Source of the DNA: Diadema antillarum
Taxonomy: Eukaryota
Length of the DNA: 64,000 nucleotides
Direction of reading: 5' to 3'
Assembly: GCF_040938485.1 (NCBI RefSeq)
Contig: NW_027271484.1
Coordinates: forward strand, 496,001 to 560,000
The notes beneath the pieces are model-generated. The model saw only the letters and a list, made by a program, of their open reading frames with translations. It ran no database searches and had not been told where the DNA came from. Shown piece after piece: positions 11,801-22,900 of this stretch (position 1 is its first letter; each line of letters opens with the position of its first letter). The translations under genes and the position numbers were made by a program.

Positions 11801-14800
11801 TTGCAAGCTTAGAATCTGAGAATATTGCAGAAATTGAATATGCGCGGAGCGCACACGATGAGTACATAGTACGCAATATTTTGCTGCTTATCTCTCTTTG
11901 TGCTGCTTACATTTAATGTTCTCTCTCATGTTTTGCACACAAATATCTAAAGTACCTTCTTGAGGATGTTGCATAGCATGTTGCTGGCTTTTTAGGATGT
12001 TGCACAAGAATTTTAGCATGTTGCAGCGACATGCTAAAACCCCTTGTGGACCACCCTGTTCCACTGAATGAATGAAGGGGTATATTTTACATGTGTGAAT
12101 TGTGACTCTCTCACACATGGGACTTCAATTTCAAGTCCTATCCGACAAAAGAAAGTTCATTTTGGCCTACTTTGAGTGGGTTTTGAGCTGGTCAGTTACA
12201 TAAAGAGGGTGTGTGTGAAACAAGACACATTAAATTGCTCATCTTCAACAGGAAACAGAAGACAGTCTCCACGCCAGTGCTTGACAGCACTGAAAACGAT
12301 ACAAGGTGTGCCAACAATTATGTTATGTAATTCAAAACCAAAACAGCAACACAAAATATCAGGACAGCAACCTCTATAAACTCCTATTACTTATTTCTGA
12401 ACTGATGTCACAGTATGAGACTGAAAATCATTGGCACCAATGTTGATTGACTAATGTCTAATTGCTGTTAATGCAGTTTTCTTGAGGCGATTTAATTTTT
12501 GCAAATTTTGTGAGTTCACAGACATTCACAAAATAATGTCTATATCCTAACTGTGCTGTATATTGTCCCCAGAAATCCCATTCTTTTCTAGTGAATAATA
12601 TTCACATTTCAGGGGTGAATCCAGGAATTCCGTAAAGAGGGGGCGCCTCCACAAAATTAAAGGGGAGCATGCACCCCCTTTTTTTTCATTTTTTTTTTTT
12701 GAAAGCAAAAAATTAAGGGTGCCTGGTGCACTTCCCCCTGGATCCGCCATTGCATTTCTCATTCCATCATTGTGGTTCTTGATAATGAATTCAATTATTT
12801 GCCAAATTGTCTCACAAGTCCCACTGTGTGAAATGGGTCTTCTTCTCTTCTCACAGCCACAGCCATCTCAGATAAGATCATCTTAAGAACTTTATTGCAA
12901 CTGTCTTTGATCATCTGATACTGCCTTAGAGTCAGGGAAATGAAGACATTAATATAGCAGAAGTCTCATATAACAAGCTCACCGATGATTTTATGACTTT
13001 TTGTTAAAGGGAAATTTACACCAAACATATAGTGGTATAAAATATGATGGCAGTGATCGCAAAAACATCAGAACCCATGAATGAATTCTAAGGAAATTTG
13101 TCAATCTGTTCATAACTTATGAATTGTACATTTTTGGTAAAACCCATGTGCTGTCATCACTAAGAAGGCTACAGGAATTCATGGTGTCGCACTAACGAAA
13201 TAATTATAGAATGTACATGTACATGTATACACCATATGGGCCAAATTTTCTTTTGCCTTCTGCATGTTGTTGCCTAGTCGCTAATACTAGTATGACCAAG
13301 AAAGACTGCATCCCACAGACCTTTATCTAGGAGCATTTCTAGGATGATCTTGTTCCTAGGTTGTATGATCCTCCATTTCTCCTTCCACCTCAGGGGGTCC
13401 AATTGCCGCATATTTTGCCTCCCCACTCCACACTGCGCAGCACTGAAGAGGGCTGTGAATCCCTTGCCATTCTTTTCGTTCACGTCCACTACTTCCAGCA
13501 GCTTCTCCACACATGCCACATGACACTGTTCCACAGCTACATTTGTAGGAAAACAAGACACATTTACTGAAGTCGTATTCCTTAAAAGCAGTAACAAAGA
13601 GCAGTTTATGAACAGCAGAATCTTACCCTACAATGTGCCTACTACATGGGTGTCAACCTTCTCAGACCTGAAGAAAATGGACTGATAGACAGTAAAATCA
13701 CACATTCAATAGGTTAAAAAAGAGAAATATATACATATATTATTCTATAAAATATAATTAGGATATGATAAATACAGCATCTTGGATCAGAAATGCACAT
13801 ATTAATCATGAAAGATCAAATAAAACAAACAAAACAATTTTGTACTGTGGGTACTGCATCCTTTTTCAACCTGCAAAATTCACTCATAAACAAGGATGCT
13901 AACTATGCTGTCAATTTGTTAAAGGAACTCAAAGCCAAATCATAAACAAGGCCAAATCCATAGTATCCTCCGAACTCTGTTCGGGGATACAATAAGGATT
14001 GAGCGAAAGCAGCAATACTTGTAGAACCAGAGAGGTGTTAGAGAAGGAGTGGAATATCTTTGCAATTTGTGCAAAAATTACTTAAAAGTTCTATAGCAAG
14101 ACAATTAAATGCTTAGCATTTCACTGGCTTTGATGTCTCATGCTTCAAGCTGTTGTTCTATAGAGTTTGGATAATATACAGAGACCAACGAGAAGGTCCT
14201 TGATTTAATTTTTTATGTGCCACGTTCGCACATCCGACTCAGTTGACGGCGTGCCAACTTCGCATATTCTGCTCAAATGCACAAACCCGCCAAAACCGAT
14301 CGATACATCGCCAAATGCGACAATACAATGAACGCGTTTCTCGTGATTCCGTTCCTCTCACATTTAGCTTGCATTTTATGTGGTGATTGACGAGTAATCG
14401 GGTGTTCCCTATTGGATTTGTGTGTAAATTCTAAGTTTCTCCCACTGTTTTGTGTGCAAAAGTCAGGCCTTTACAGTAATGGAGCTACGGGTCGTTTGAA
14501 AGAAAATCAATTATAGATTTGACATGCAATTTACATCAAAGCAAAGCTTGGCATTTTCTCTACAACTTTGCGCGCTACATGTCCAGCTCAACAATTTTTT
14601 TTTCTTTTTAAAGTTACATAGATTTGAAAAACAAAATGTTTTCTCAAAGTATGACTACGTTGGTGTCTAAGAATAATGTGGCACACAGGGGGTTTACATC
14701 ATGGCACCCAAAGAGGTAAACAACTTTAAGCTGTATTTCATAAGAAATGTTGTACAAAAAAAAAAATACTTCCAAGTTGTTTTTTTTTTCAAATCTTCTT

Positions 14801-17246
14801 GTTATCAAAACCCCAGATTGAAAAAGGGTATTAATGTGAACTCATTAAAACAAGTTACCGTAACCCTCTTGAGCACATATATTATACATAATTGTTAAAC
14901 AAGCTTAGAACTTAATGTTAAATCTTTCAAAAATAAAAACTTAATTGCCTAATGCATATTTCTGCATGTTTATTAGCATTTTAGTTTTAAAGAAGTACAA
15001 AGTGGCACCGGAAAAGTAAGGTAAGATTTTTTTTTTTTTTTTTTTTGCTCGTCAGCTAATCAATCCATGAAACACTGAAGTGGCACCAGAAATATAAACT
15101 GCCCCCAACCTCACTTTTAGAAATGCAGTGCCGGCCCTGTGTTGTATAATGAGTATGAAGTGTTAGATTGCTGAATACTCAGCACAGGTGAGCAAATTGC
15201 TGTCATTAAGATTTAATAATTGTTTCCACAAATTTGATATTCCTATCATTAATCTGCTTGTTGAGCTCTAGGCACATTTTTTTATTTCACTTAAGTTATA
15301 AACACTAATAATGTAACAAAATATCTTTGAAGCTTTTGCAGACTGCAGTGTCTTAGAAGCAGAAAAATAAACAAAATTGAAGTTGCATTAAAATGATTGT
15401 AAATAATGATATCGTATCAATCATGTAAATTAGACACGTATGATGATGCATTGCTTACAAACCTACTGAAATAGTTCAAAAGTTTCCTCTCTAGCACTTT
15501 TGTTCACATTAAGTGCTCACTCCTTAGCAATTTTCATTCTGACCAAATTTCTTGGCTTCTTGGAATTTTGTAAGAACTATTTGCAAATTAAAACAAATTA
15601 TCCTTTTATTAAACTACATGTAGTTCCAGACTGGACTTACCTATCATCAATGGAGATCTGTCAGTGTAATACGTTTCCCGTTTGCTTGGGTTTGCTCCTG
15701 CTTTGAGAAGAATCTCAACAACAAGGGGGAGCCCTCTGGAGGCAGCCATGTACAGCAGCGTCTCCCCATCGTCATTTGGCTGGTCTAGCACTGCGGTCAC
15801 ATTGATTAGTAGGAATGTATAAAATCTGATGCACTTGATAAAGTTTCTCACTGGGGTTCATGTTATGGTACTTTATTATCTTGTTTAACAGGTATAAGGA
15901 GGGATATTTGTGTTTGCTTTTAATACCATGCATGTAACTAGATCAGTTGCTAGAAAATTGGATGTATTGTAAATCGTTCTGACACAAGTACCGCCGGTAC
16001 AGTATTCAGTTATTTCAGTGATATCCTGCACCTACTTCTACATGATGCACTTGGGCAGTATGATTCTGGTCAATATATTACCACAATAGGAAGTAACCTA
16101 CCAAATTAACACATTGTACAATTAGGTTTTTCCTGTGTATAATGACAAAATACCATTTAACCAGTAATAAGAAATAAAGCATCCTCCCATAGAACAGTGA
16201 CAATGCTAGAGGGAAACGAGTACAGAATACGGCATGGATACTTAGTGTGTGTGAATGTCTACATTGTACTTCAAGCAAGTGGCAACTGGTCAAATTACGA
16301 AGTCCCACTACAGTGTATTTATGAGAAAGGGTCAATTTTGCTATCTAATTTGTATTAACTGCAGATTCTGAACCTTGGGTTTTTTCCCTTGTAATATTTC
16401 GGTTACTGCTCTACAAAAATAAAACAACCCAAAACACACTTTCTCTCTCCTCTCTCACACACACACAAAAATAAAAGCATAATTCCTAGCTACAAGCAAC
16501 ATATGAATAAATAAATTCGCAAATCTGAGACTACAGAGAGAACACAAAGCTGCAAGACTCTTTCTTCTCATGCATCCTGCGATGAAAGTAAATCATAAAA
16601 CTGAGCCACTTGAGGCTTTGAAACTGGTTTCTTTCAGCTCAATACGACCCAACTCAACACAAGTTGTAGATCCATAGTCCTAATAAAACCTGGTCCCTCC
16701 TGACATAGACTGAAATATCTATCTGTCCACAGGAGTTTTATAACATTTTTTGACCATCATACAGTCCTCCTTCGGAGGGAATTCCGTGAAGCCAAACGAG
16801 TGTCCACAGAACATAGCCTCGACGATAAAATACAGACTGATCTTTCGGTCAGCTGACACTGTTAATACGTAATGTTGAAGTGGAATGCAATCTGGTCAGC
16901 TGACACTGTTTACATAATGTTGAAGTGGAATGCAATCACCTTCTGTGGACAGCTTCTCAAGACTTGATGTCAGGTCAATACTGTTCCTCAATGCAATGGC
17001 ATTATACACCTTGGTCCATGCTTCGGTGATCTCTGGTGGATACGCTTTCAACTCCCAGGGTACATACTTATTGGGATGTTCATCCTCATAAGGAAGAGGG
17101 CTCAGCGGCGAAAGGCAGAAACTAGAGTCCTCTGAATCAGGTGGACTGGCCCAATCGGCCTGTTGTTCAAGATCAGATCTTGATCCTCCTCCATCGTCGG
17201 AGTCACCACGATCCATTTCGATGGTCTGGTCATGTACTGCTTGCAT
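5517..17246 (-). CDS. Ankyrin repeat and SOCS box protein (ASB2/3/14/15-like), about 548 aa, at least 6 coding exons
   Basis: Exons 17246-16940, 15790-15641, 13536-13321, 10724-10529, 8620-7983 and 5656-5517. All introns are GT-AG with compatible phases (total 1647 nt). Ankyrin motifs: GETLLYMAASRG, GFTALFSAAQCG, HTPLNSAV, GADP. C-terminal SOCS box TPRSLSHLCRVAVRRC...LPVPPPLQDYI, stop TGA. A 35-nt exon (5819-5785) may also be used. Confidence 0.85.
5842..7270. mobile_element. TA-flanked Tc1/mariner-type MITE split by a HINE insertion
   Basis: Left end TACTGTAAAGCAAGAA (5842) and right end TTCTGGTTTTATAGTA (7270) are imperfect inverted repeats. The element at 6016-7240 interrupts it. Confidence 0.5.
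6016..7240 (+). mobile_element. Helentron/HINE-like element, family B, copy 1
   Basis: 5' ATGCCTCCGCC is inverted to 3' GGCGGAGGCAT. It has a 3' hairpin, a (GGAC)n microsatellite and internal TGACCTT repeats. A closely similar second copy lies at 45685-46801. Confidence 0.75.
7507..7889. mobile_element. TTAA-flanked MITE (Kolobok-type AGGG..CCCT termini), copy 1
   Basis: ttaa|AGGGTGTGTACAG...CGTACAGTCCCT|ttaa with internal inverted symmetry. Homologous to 52505-52891. Confidence 0.7.
11769..12058. mobile_element. 290-bp non-autonomous DNA transposon with 6-bp TSD (hAT6-like)
   Basis: Perfect 15-bp TIR CAGGGTGGTCCACAA and flanking direct repeat TTCCAC on both sides. Confidence 0.75.
12610..12752. 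mobile_element. Short non-autonomous DNA transposon with 5-bp TSD (hAT5-like), copy 1
   Basis: CAGGGGTGAATCCAGG...CCTGGATCCGCCATTG flanked by CATTT on both sides. Same family as 56262-56445. Confidence 0.65.
13945..13993 (+). mobile_element. Orphan 3' hairpin end of HINE family C
   Basis: Near-identical reverse complement of 29764-29813 (GTATCCTCCGAACTCTGTTCGGGGATAC hairpin). Confidence 0.6.
16700..16850 (-). repeat. Unclassified interspersed repeat, related to 56550-56720
   Basis: Shared blocks ATCAGTCTGTATTTTAT, CTATGTTCTG, TGGCTTCA and TTATAAAACTCCT appear in the same order in both places. Confidence 0.5.
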
Positions 17247-17738
17247 GTAGTTCAGTATTTACCTGGAAAAAGGGATGCATTATAAACTGATTGATGCTTT
17301 TCAACATCTGCAAGTAAAATTACAAAATGCTGAATTGCTGGGCAGGGAATTTGATCCAAGTCTAATCAAGGCACAAATGACAGCAATGCTGTTCGAGAGC
17401 TAAATGCCGTGTGACAACAGCTGTAATTTATAGATCATGGGTCAGCTATGAAATTTACTTGTACTTTTAGCCGTACTTGTGATCCTTGTGTCCTTGTGAT
17501 AAATGCAACGTGTTGGGGAAGAAAACAATCTTCTTAGTTAGTTTTGTCTTAACACACACACACACAAAAAAGAAAAAATGGTTTATCCAGGTTTGAATTT
17601 CGCACAAACATACATTGTAACACAAACATCTAGACTCTCTGAGCTCTATGGCACTGAAAAGTTCCCATTGATCAGTGATAACGCTGCCAACTCAATACCT
17701 TAATAGCAATTTTCGTTAGCAAGTTAGAATCTACATAT

Positions 17739-18219
17739 GTGACCCTGCACCACAAAACAAACAAAAAGTCGCCAGACATGAATTTTTAGTGAAGAGTGAT
17801 GAATTGGACAAAAAAACAGGAAGTAAACCACCGGAGTAACAACAATGAAGGGATTATCAGATTAAACTGAAATTCAGCATGCCTCATTAACACATTTATG
17901 TCCATAATTAATGCCATCTTTCAAAGCAGTAGCGTTATCCTTTCAAAAGTTATTAGAGTTATTAGAGAAATGAAAAGGGGACTCTCAAGACACACCTAAT
18001 CACAATATTCTACCAAAAATGTTCGAGATAAACTGCTACAGAAACATACTTTCTTACCCATTTTATGATCCCAAATTTTAGCAAAATGTAAAAGAAGACT
18101 TGTTCTTTCAGAAAATATGAAAAAGTCAAGATCGGGTAGGTTGGCCCATTTCAGTTATTTTCAGTCCTCACGCAAAATCAGTATGTGCGACTTTTGTTCG
18201 TTTTGTGATGCACGGTCAC
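17739..18219. mobile_element. 481-bp MITE with ~35-bp TIRs, flanked by ATAT
   Basis: GTGACCCTGCACCACAAAACAAACAAAAAGTCGC versus the reverse complement of the right end, GTGACCGTGCATCACAAAACGAACAAAAGTCGC. ATAT lies on both flanks. Confidence 0.75.
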
Positions 18220-19631
18220 ATATATAAGCTTTATACGCTATAGAATAAACCCTAACGTCAATACTCTATAGACCTCTAGTATCTACACTAGAACAAGATC
18301 CAAGGTCTATGTTTATAATCATTTTACCCACCCCCCCCCCTAGCCCCCATAATTCTGAGATGTAGAAAATGGTTCCTTTTTTTTTTTTGACTTAGTACAC
18401 TTTTAGATTGGCAAATTTTAGAAAGTGCAACCTTTTCTCCCGCTTGGTTTCCTTCCAAAGATTTAAGAACACTTTGGGGATTGACAATTTCTCAAATTCC
18501 ATCAAAAATGTGTTTTTGGGATATTTTTATTTGAATTCTAAAAATGCAAGGGCATCGAAGACATGAAGGGGAGTGCAGGCAAATATAATATTTTTCCCTC
18601 AGAACGCATAAAAATACTCAAAACAAAGAATTTTTTGGCTTTTTTAAAATAGAAAACTGCAAGTATTTCACCCACTGCATATTGTATGCTGCAGTGATGG
18701 ATGGGGGGGGGGGGGGGGGGCAACCCTTTTGGGGTTTTTTTCCCCAAAATAGAAGTATTCATGAAATTAACATAAATATAGTTTGGTTTTTTTTAAAATC
18801 TCCCTACCTTAGTGTGTGCTAATTGAAGTGGTAACAGAAAATTGCACATGTCATTAAAATGTAGACCGCCATCTCCCCCCCCCCCCCCCCCCTTTAAGGA
18901 ATTCCTGGATTCGCCCTTGCCTCTGCTCTGCACCAGAGTGCAAAATCTCCCTTGTACTAGGGGGGGGGGGGATACACCCATCCTCCCTCCGCCCCTCGTA
19001 CCTTTCAATTCCACGACCTGGTTACCACCCCCACCCCCCCCCCCCCCACCCCCCCCCCCCCCCCTTTCATGAAAAATGAATCAACATGAATGACAACAAC
19101 TCTGATGAGCCGAGTCGTATTATTGATTGGGAAAACACACTTGGATTTGTAGGTACAGTGTCGTCGAGACGTCCTGGATGGGAGAGGAGGGTCGATGTCT
19201 TGATCTCAATTGAGTGCTGTGAGTGTGAGTCCGGTCTTCTAGCACAAATTGTTGAAAACCTCAGTCCTCATCACGCCTCAGCTCATCTCATCTTTCAGGT
19301 GCTATGCAGCCGTGCTGTGTATGCACGTGCCTGCCAATGCGCGGATATGCCCGTGGATTGTGGTGGTGGAGCTTCGGATCGATCGAACGGGATGCGCCTG
19401 ATGGGTCGGGGGCTGGGGTGCGCTGCGGAGGCGAATGAGTGCTAGCCAGCCATAATCCTATCCAAGCCACTAGCCTATTGCCCGTACACGCTAACGGCTT
19501 TAACGATCTGCTCTTTGCAAGTACATGAGTGTTGTCGTCACACAGCACAAAGATAACTGTCATCCTTAAAAGAGGTTATATCCTCTTTGTTGTCCAAGAG
19601 TACCACCCTTATGGTTTTCTTCCAATCCTAC

Positions 19632-19935
19632 CTGCGCAATCACAGGAAACCAAAGCGAACGCGAACGAGCGTAATACGTTGATCATGACCGTCGCGTCGC
19701 GTCGCTCGCTGTTCGTTCGCGCTGTGCATGTGTATGTCGTCGCAGCGCGCGTTACCGTCCGTCGCCTACCATCACACATGCAATATGCACACACACCGCG
19801 CCGTAAACCTTGGGTGTTTAGCGTTGGCGTTGTATATATACAGCTAGCAAAGAGCGTAACGTTAGACGCTGCGTGCGCCTGCGCCTAGCGCCTCTCGTAC
19901 ATACACACTTATTGGTATAAAATTTACAGTCAGAC
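19632..19935. promoter_or_regulatory. CpG-rich bidirectional promoter between the ASB-like gene and UBR7, including a probable non-coding ASB exon 1
   Basis: Marked CpG enrichment. NRF1-type GCGCCTGCGC at 19875-19884. Minus-strand donor CAG|GTAGGA with the exon ending at 19632. UBR7 ATG at 19936. Confidence 0.55.
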
Positions 19936-22900
19936 ATGGCTGAGGAAAACGATTCAGTCGTCGTTTCTATGCTGGATGTTCTAGAAGAGGGTAATGAACT
20001 CGAAGAGGAAGCAGCTGCCGTCCTAGGTGACAGCGATGATAAATGTTGTACATACCCCTTGGTGAGTAAGCAAGACATAATTAACCCCTGAGTATCAAAC
20101 GAAGTTGCTCCCGAGTCTGCTTCCAGTGCTTGCTTTACCTACACTTTACTGTAGTCCCACCTATCCAAATTCATGCCGCAGTTAGATATAGTAAGTCTAC
20201 TACGCTACGTGTGTCATCCGATCGTCAGGATCGTCCGACATTTATCGACCACCTATTTTTAGATCGACCACCCTCGCGCAATAGCTTTCTCGCGTATAAA
20301 ATAAAAAATACGCGTGGGACGGGGCACAATACGCTGGAACATTCGAACATGAATACAAATCGAGAAAAATTAGGGGATACAGCTGCAGCCTACACTCACA
20401 GAGCTCCAGAGAGAGGTAAATAACCATACATTCACATAATCTGAGGAAACATGAGGAAAAACAATTGAAGAAGATCCTCATTAAATAGTTAATAGTATAC
20501 TAGAGGCCTACACATAATTATTGTTATTACACATATTTACCCATTCACTGGATTTACATGCTTTTCAATGGGAAAACAGGCGGTCGGTTTAAAGAATGAG
20601 CTACCATGGGCGAACAAAAAAACAACTGCCGTGTCTTTATCGCCGAGATTTACGTGCGCATGAGTACAGCTTGTGTAGGATACAGAGCGACAATCTGAGC
20701 ATGAGGTAAGGATCTGCGGTATTTTCTCCCAAAGTATTAAATAAAGACGAAATTGAGGTAAATCTGTTGAATATTTTCTGTGAAATAGTGGTTACAAATA
20801 AAGGCGGTCGATGAGTAGTAAACTTACATATCATATGTCCAACCATACACGTAGATTCCATACAAACAAAATGTCATTGATTGTCAATGCATGCATACTG
20901 TATGCATGCATTGGCCGCTGCACAACACATCGGCATCGCGTCAGTCGCCATAAAGCACGCTGACTCCCGCTACCGTTGTACTATCTCAAAATTGTCATAT
21001 CATCTACGTTGTACAGACTGTACGTGCTGTCATGATGTAAAATTTTAAATCTGAATGGTTTTCGCCAGCAAATAAAACCTTGGCTCAAAAGTATTAAAGT
21101 AAAGAACTGTTTTGCTTTTTGTCTATTTTCAAAGAGAGTGAAGATGAATTAAATTTATTGCCACTGGTTGTTTCTCCTTCACCTGACAGGGTTATGTCAA
21201 GAGGCAGGCTCTGTATGCCTGCAAAACTTGCAGCAGTGTGAATGAGGCACCAGCAGGGATATGTCTGGCATGCAGCTACGAGTGCCATGATGGCCATGAT
21301 TTTGTAGAGTTGTACACGAAAAGGTAAGTTTGTGTTCCCTTGACAGTGTGTATAAGTTTATAACAATACCTGCTGTGCTGTATGGTGCATTTGGCACTGA
21401 AGATGGCCCAAAATGAATATGAGAATACTAGTTTTTGGAATAGGTTTTATTTGTCACACTTATAAGAATAAAGTCATGAAACAGAGTTTTAATTTGCTGC
21501 ATTGCTGTGAATCTATGATATGTATGATATGGTGAGCATGTTTTGTAATTTTTTGTCTTCATGAATTCACATCACATTTGCACATTTTCACAACTTACAG
21601 AAACTTTAGATGTGACTGTGGCAATTCGAAGTTCCCTCAGTTATCCTGCAAGTTGTTCAAGGTAATCGCAATTATGTTTTGACATATTTTGTTTGTGTAT
21701 TTTGTCTTTTTTTGTGCTTGTGATATCCCTTGATTAAATTGAAACTTGGTCATTGTCAAGTCAAGAATCGGGCAGTTTTGATTGGGACATTTTATCAATC
21801 ATGAGTTTGACTTAAGAAGAATGAGAAAGAGAATGAAAGAAATGGAAGATTCTTCATGTTTTCTTGTAGTACATGTACATGTATGTATTGACAAGTATGG
21901 AGAAAGGACTGCATCCACAAAATTGTTTGTTTTGTTTGCATTGTTTGTTTAACCACAGATCAAGCAACCAGAGAATCCAGAAAATCACTACAATCAAAAT
22001 TTCTCTGGCCTCTATTGTACCTGTCACAGGCCCTATCCAGATCCGGAAGATGAGGTACAGTGTTGAGCATAACAGGTTCTAGAAACATTAGAATGTGCAG
22101 TGCCAATACTATTATGTCTGAAAGTTATACTTTTGATGTAACCAGCAAGTGGCTCTATTAGTTGATGACACTTGTGTCAATAATACATGTCAAAGTGAGG
22201 ACTTGGTCAGACAGATTCTATATAAATTCAATTGTAAAATTGGTATTACACAGCTGTTTTATACATAGATGTGATACACACACACATCTGCATGCGCGCA
22301 CGCGCGCGCGCACACACACACACACATATTCCTGTGTGTTTATTACTGATGATGTGCAGTATGGTCATGTATTATCTACAACTTGTAGTCTACAAAGATC
22401 ATATTGATATGATATTAGAGGAAAGTCCAAGGACCATAGCTGTAGCAAATGTTTTCCATACAGGACATCCAAACTAATGTGTACACGATATTTGGACCCA
22501 TCTCTACTTTGTGTCCCAATTAGAAACATCGATATGACAATATCCTTTAGGTATTTGCACTATTGCAGTGGTTGTTATTTGCCCACATTATCAAAAAGGC
22601 TACTGTATATCTGAAAAAAAAATATTGTCATGTAAAAGTGATTTGCAAGCAGTTGTCATATAATCTCATAACAGAGCACCGTATCCCATCCCTGTTTATG
22701 TCTAGTAATAGGCCCTACTCGGAATGTGTTGAGAATCTAAGACAAACCTGCCCCTGTTTGTGTCAGCTACGATGTATCTTTGAAATTGAACAAAACCAGC
22801 CTATCAATAGATTCTGTCTCACTCATGTTTACCCTGATGTGTTCACAGATTGAGGACGAGATGATTCAGTGTGTCATTTGCGAAGACTGGTTTCACGGCC

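Noticed and set aside
16847-16937. 46-bp tandem duplication as a frameshift that truncates the ASB gene
   Set aside because: A phase-compatible donor (GAA G|GTGATT, exon end 16940) places the duplication in the intron.
19086-19888. Short ORFs in the ASB-UBR7 promoter as a GON7 orthologue (the human UBR7 head-to-head partner)
   Set aside because: None resembles GON7. They are best explained as by-products of GC-rich sequence.
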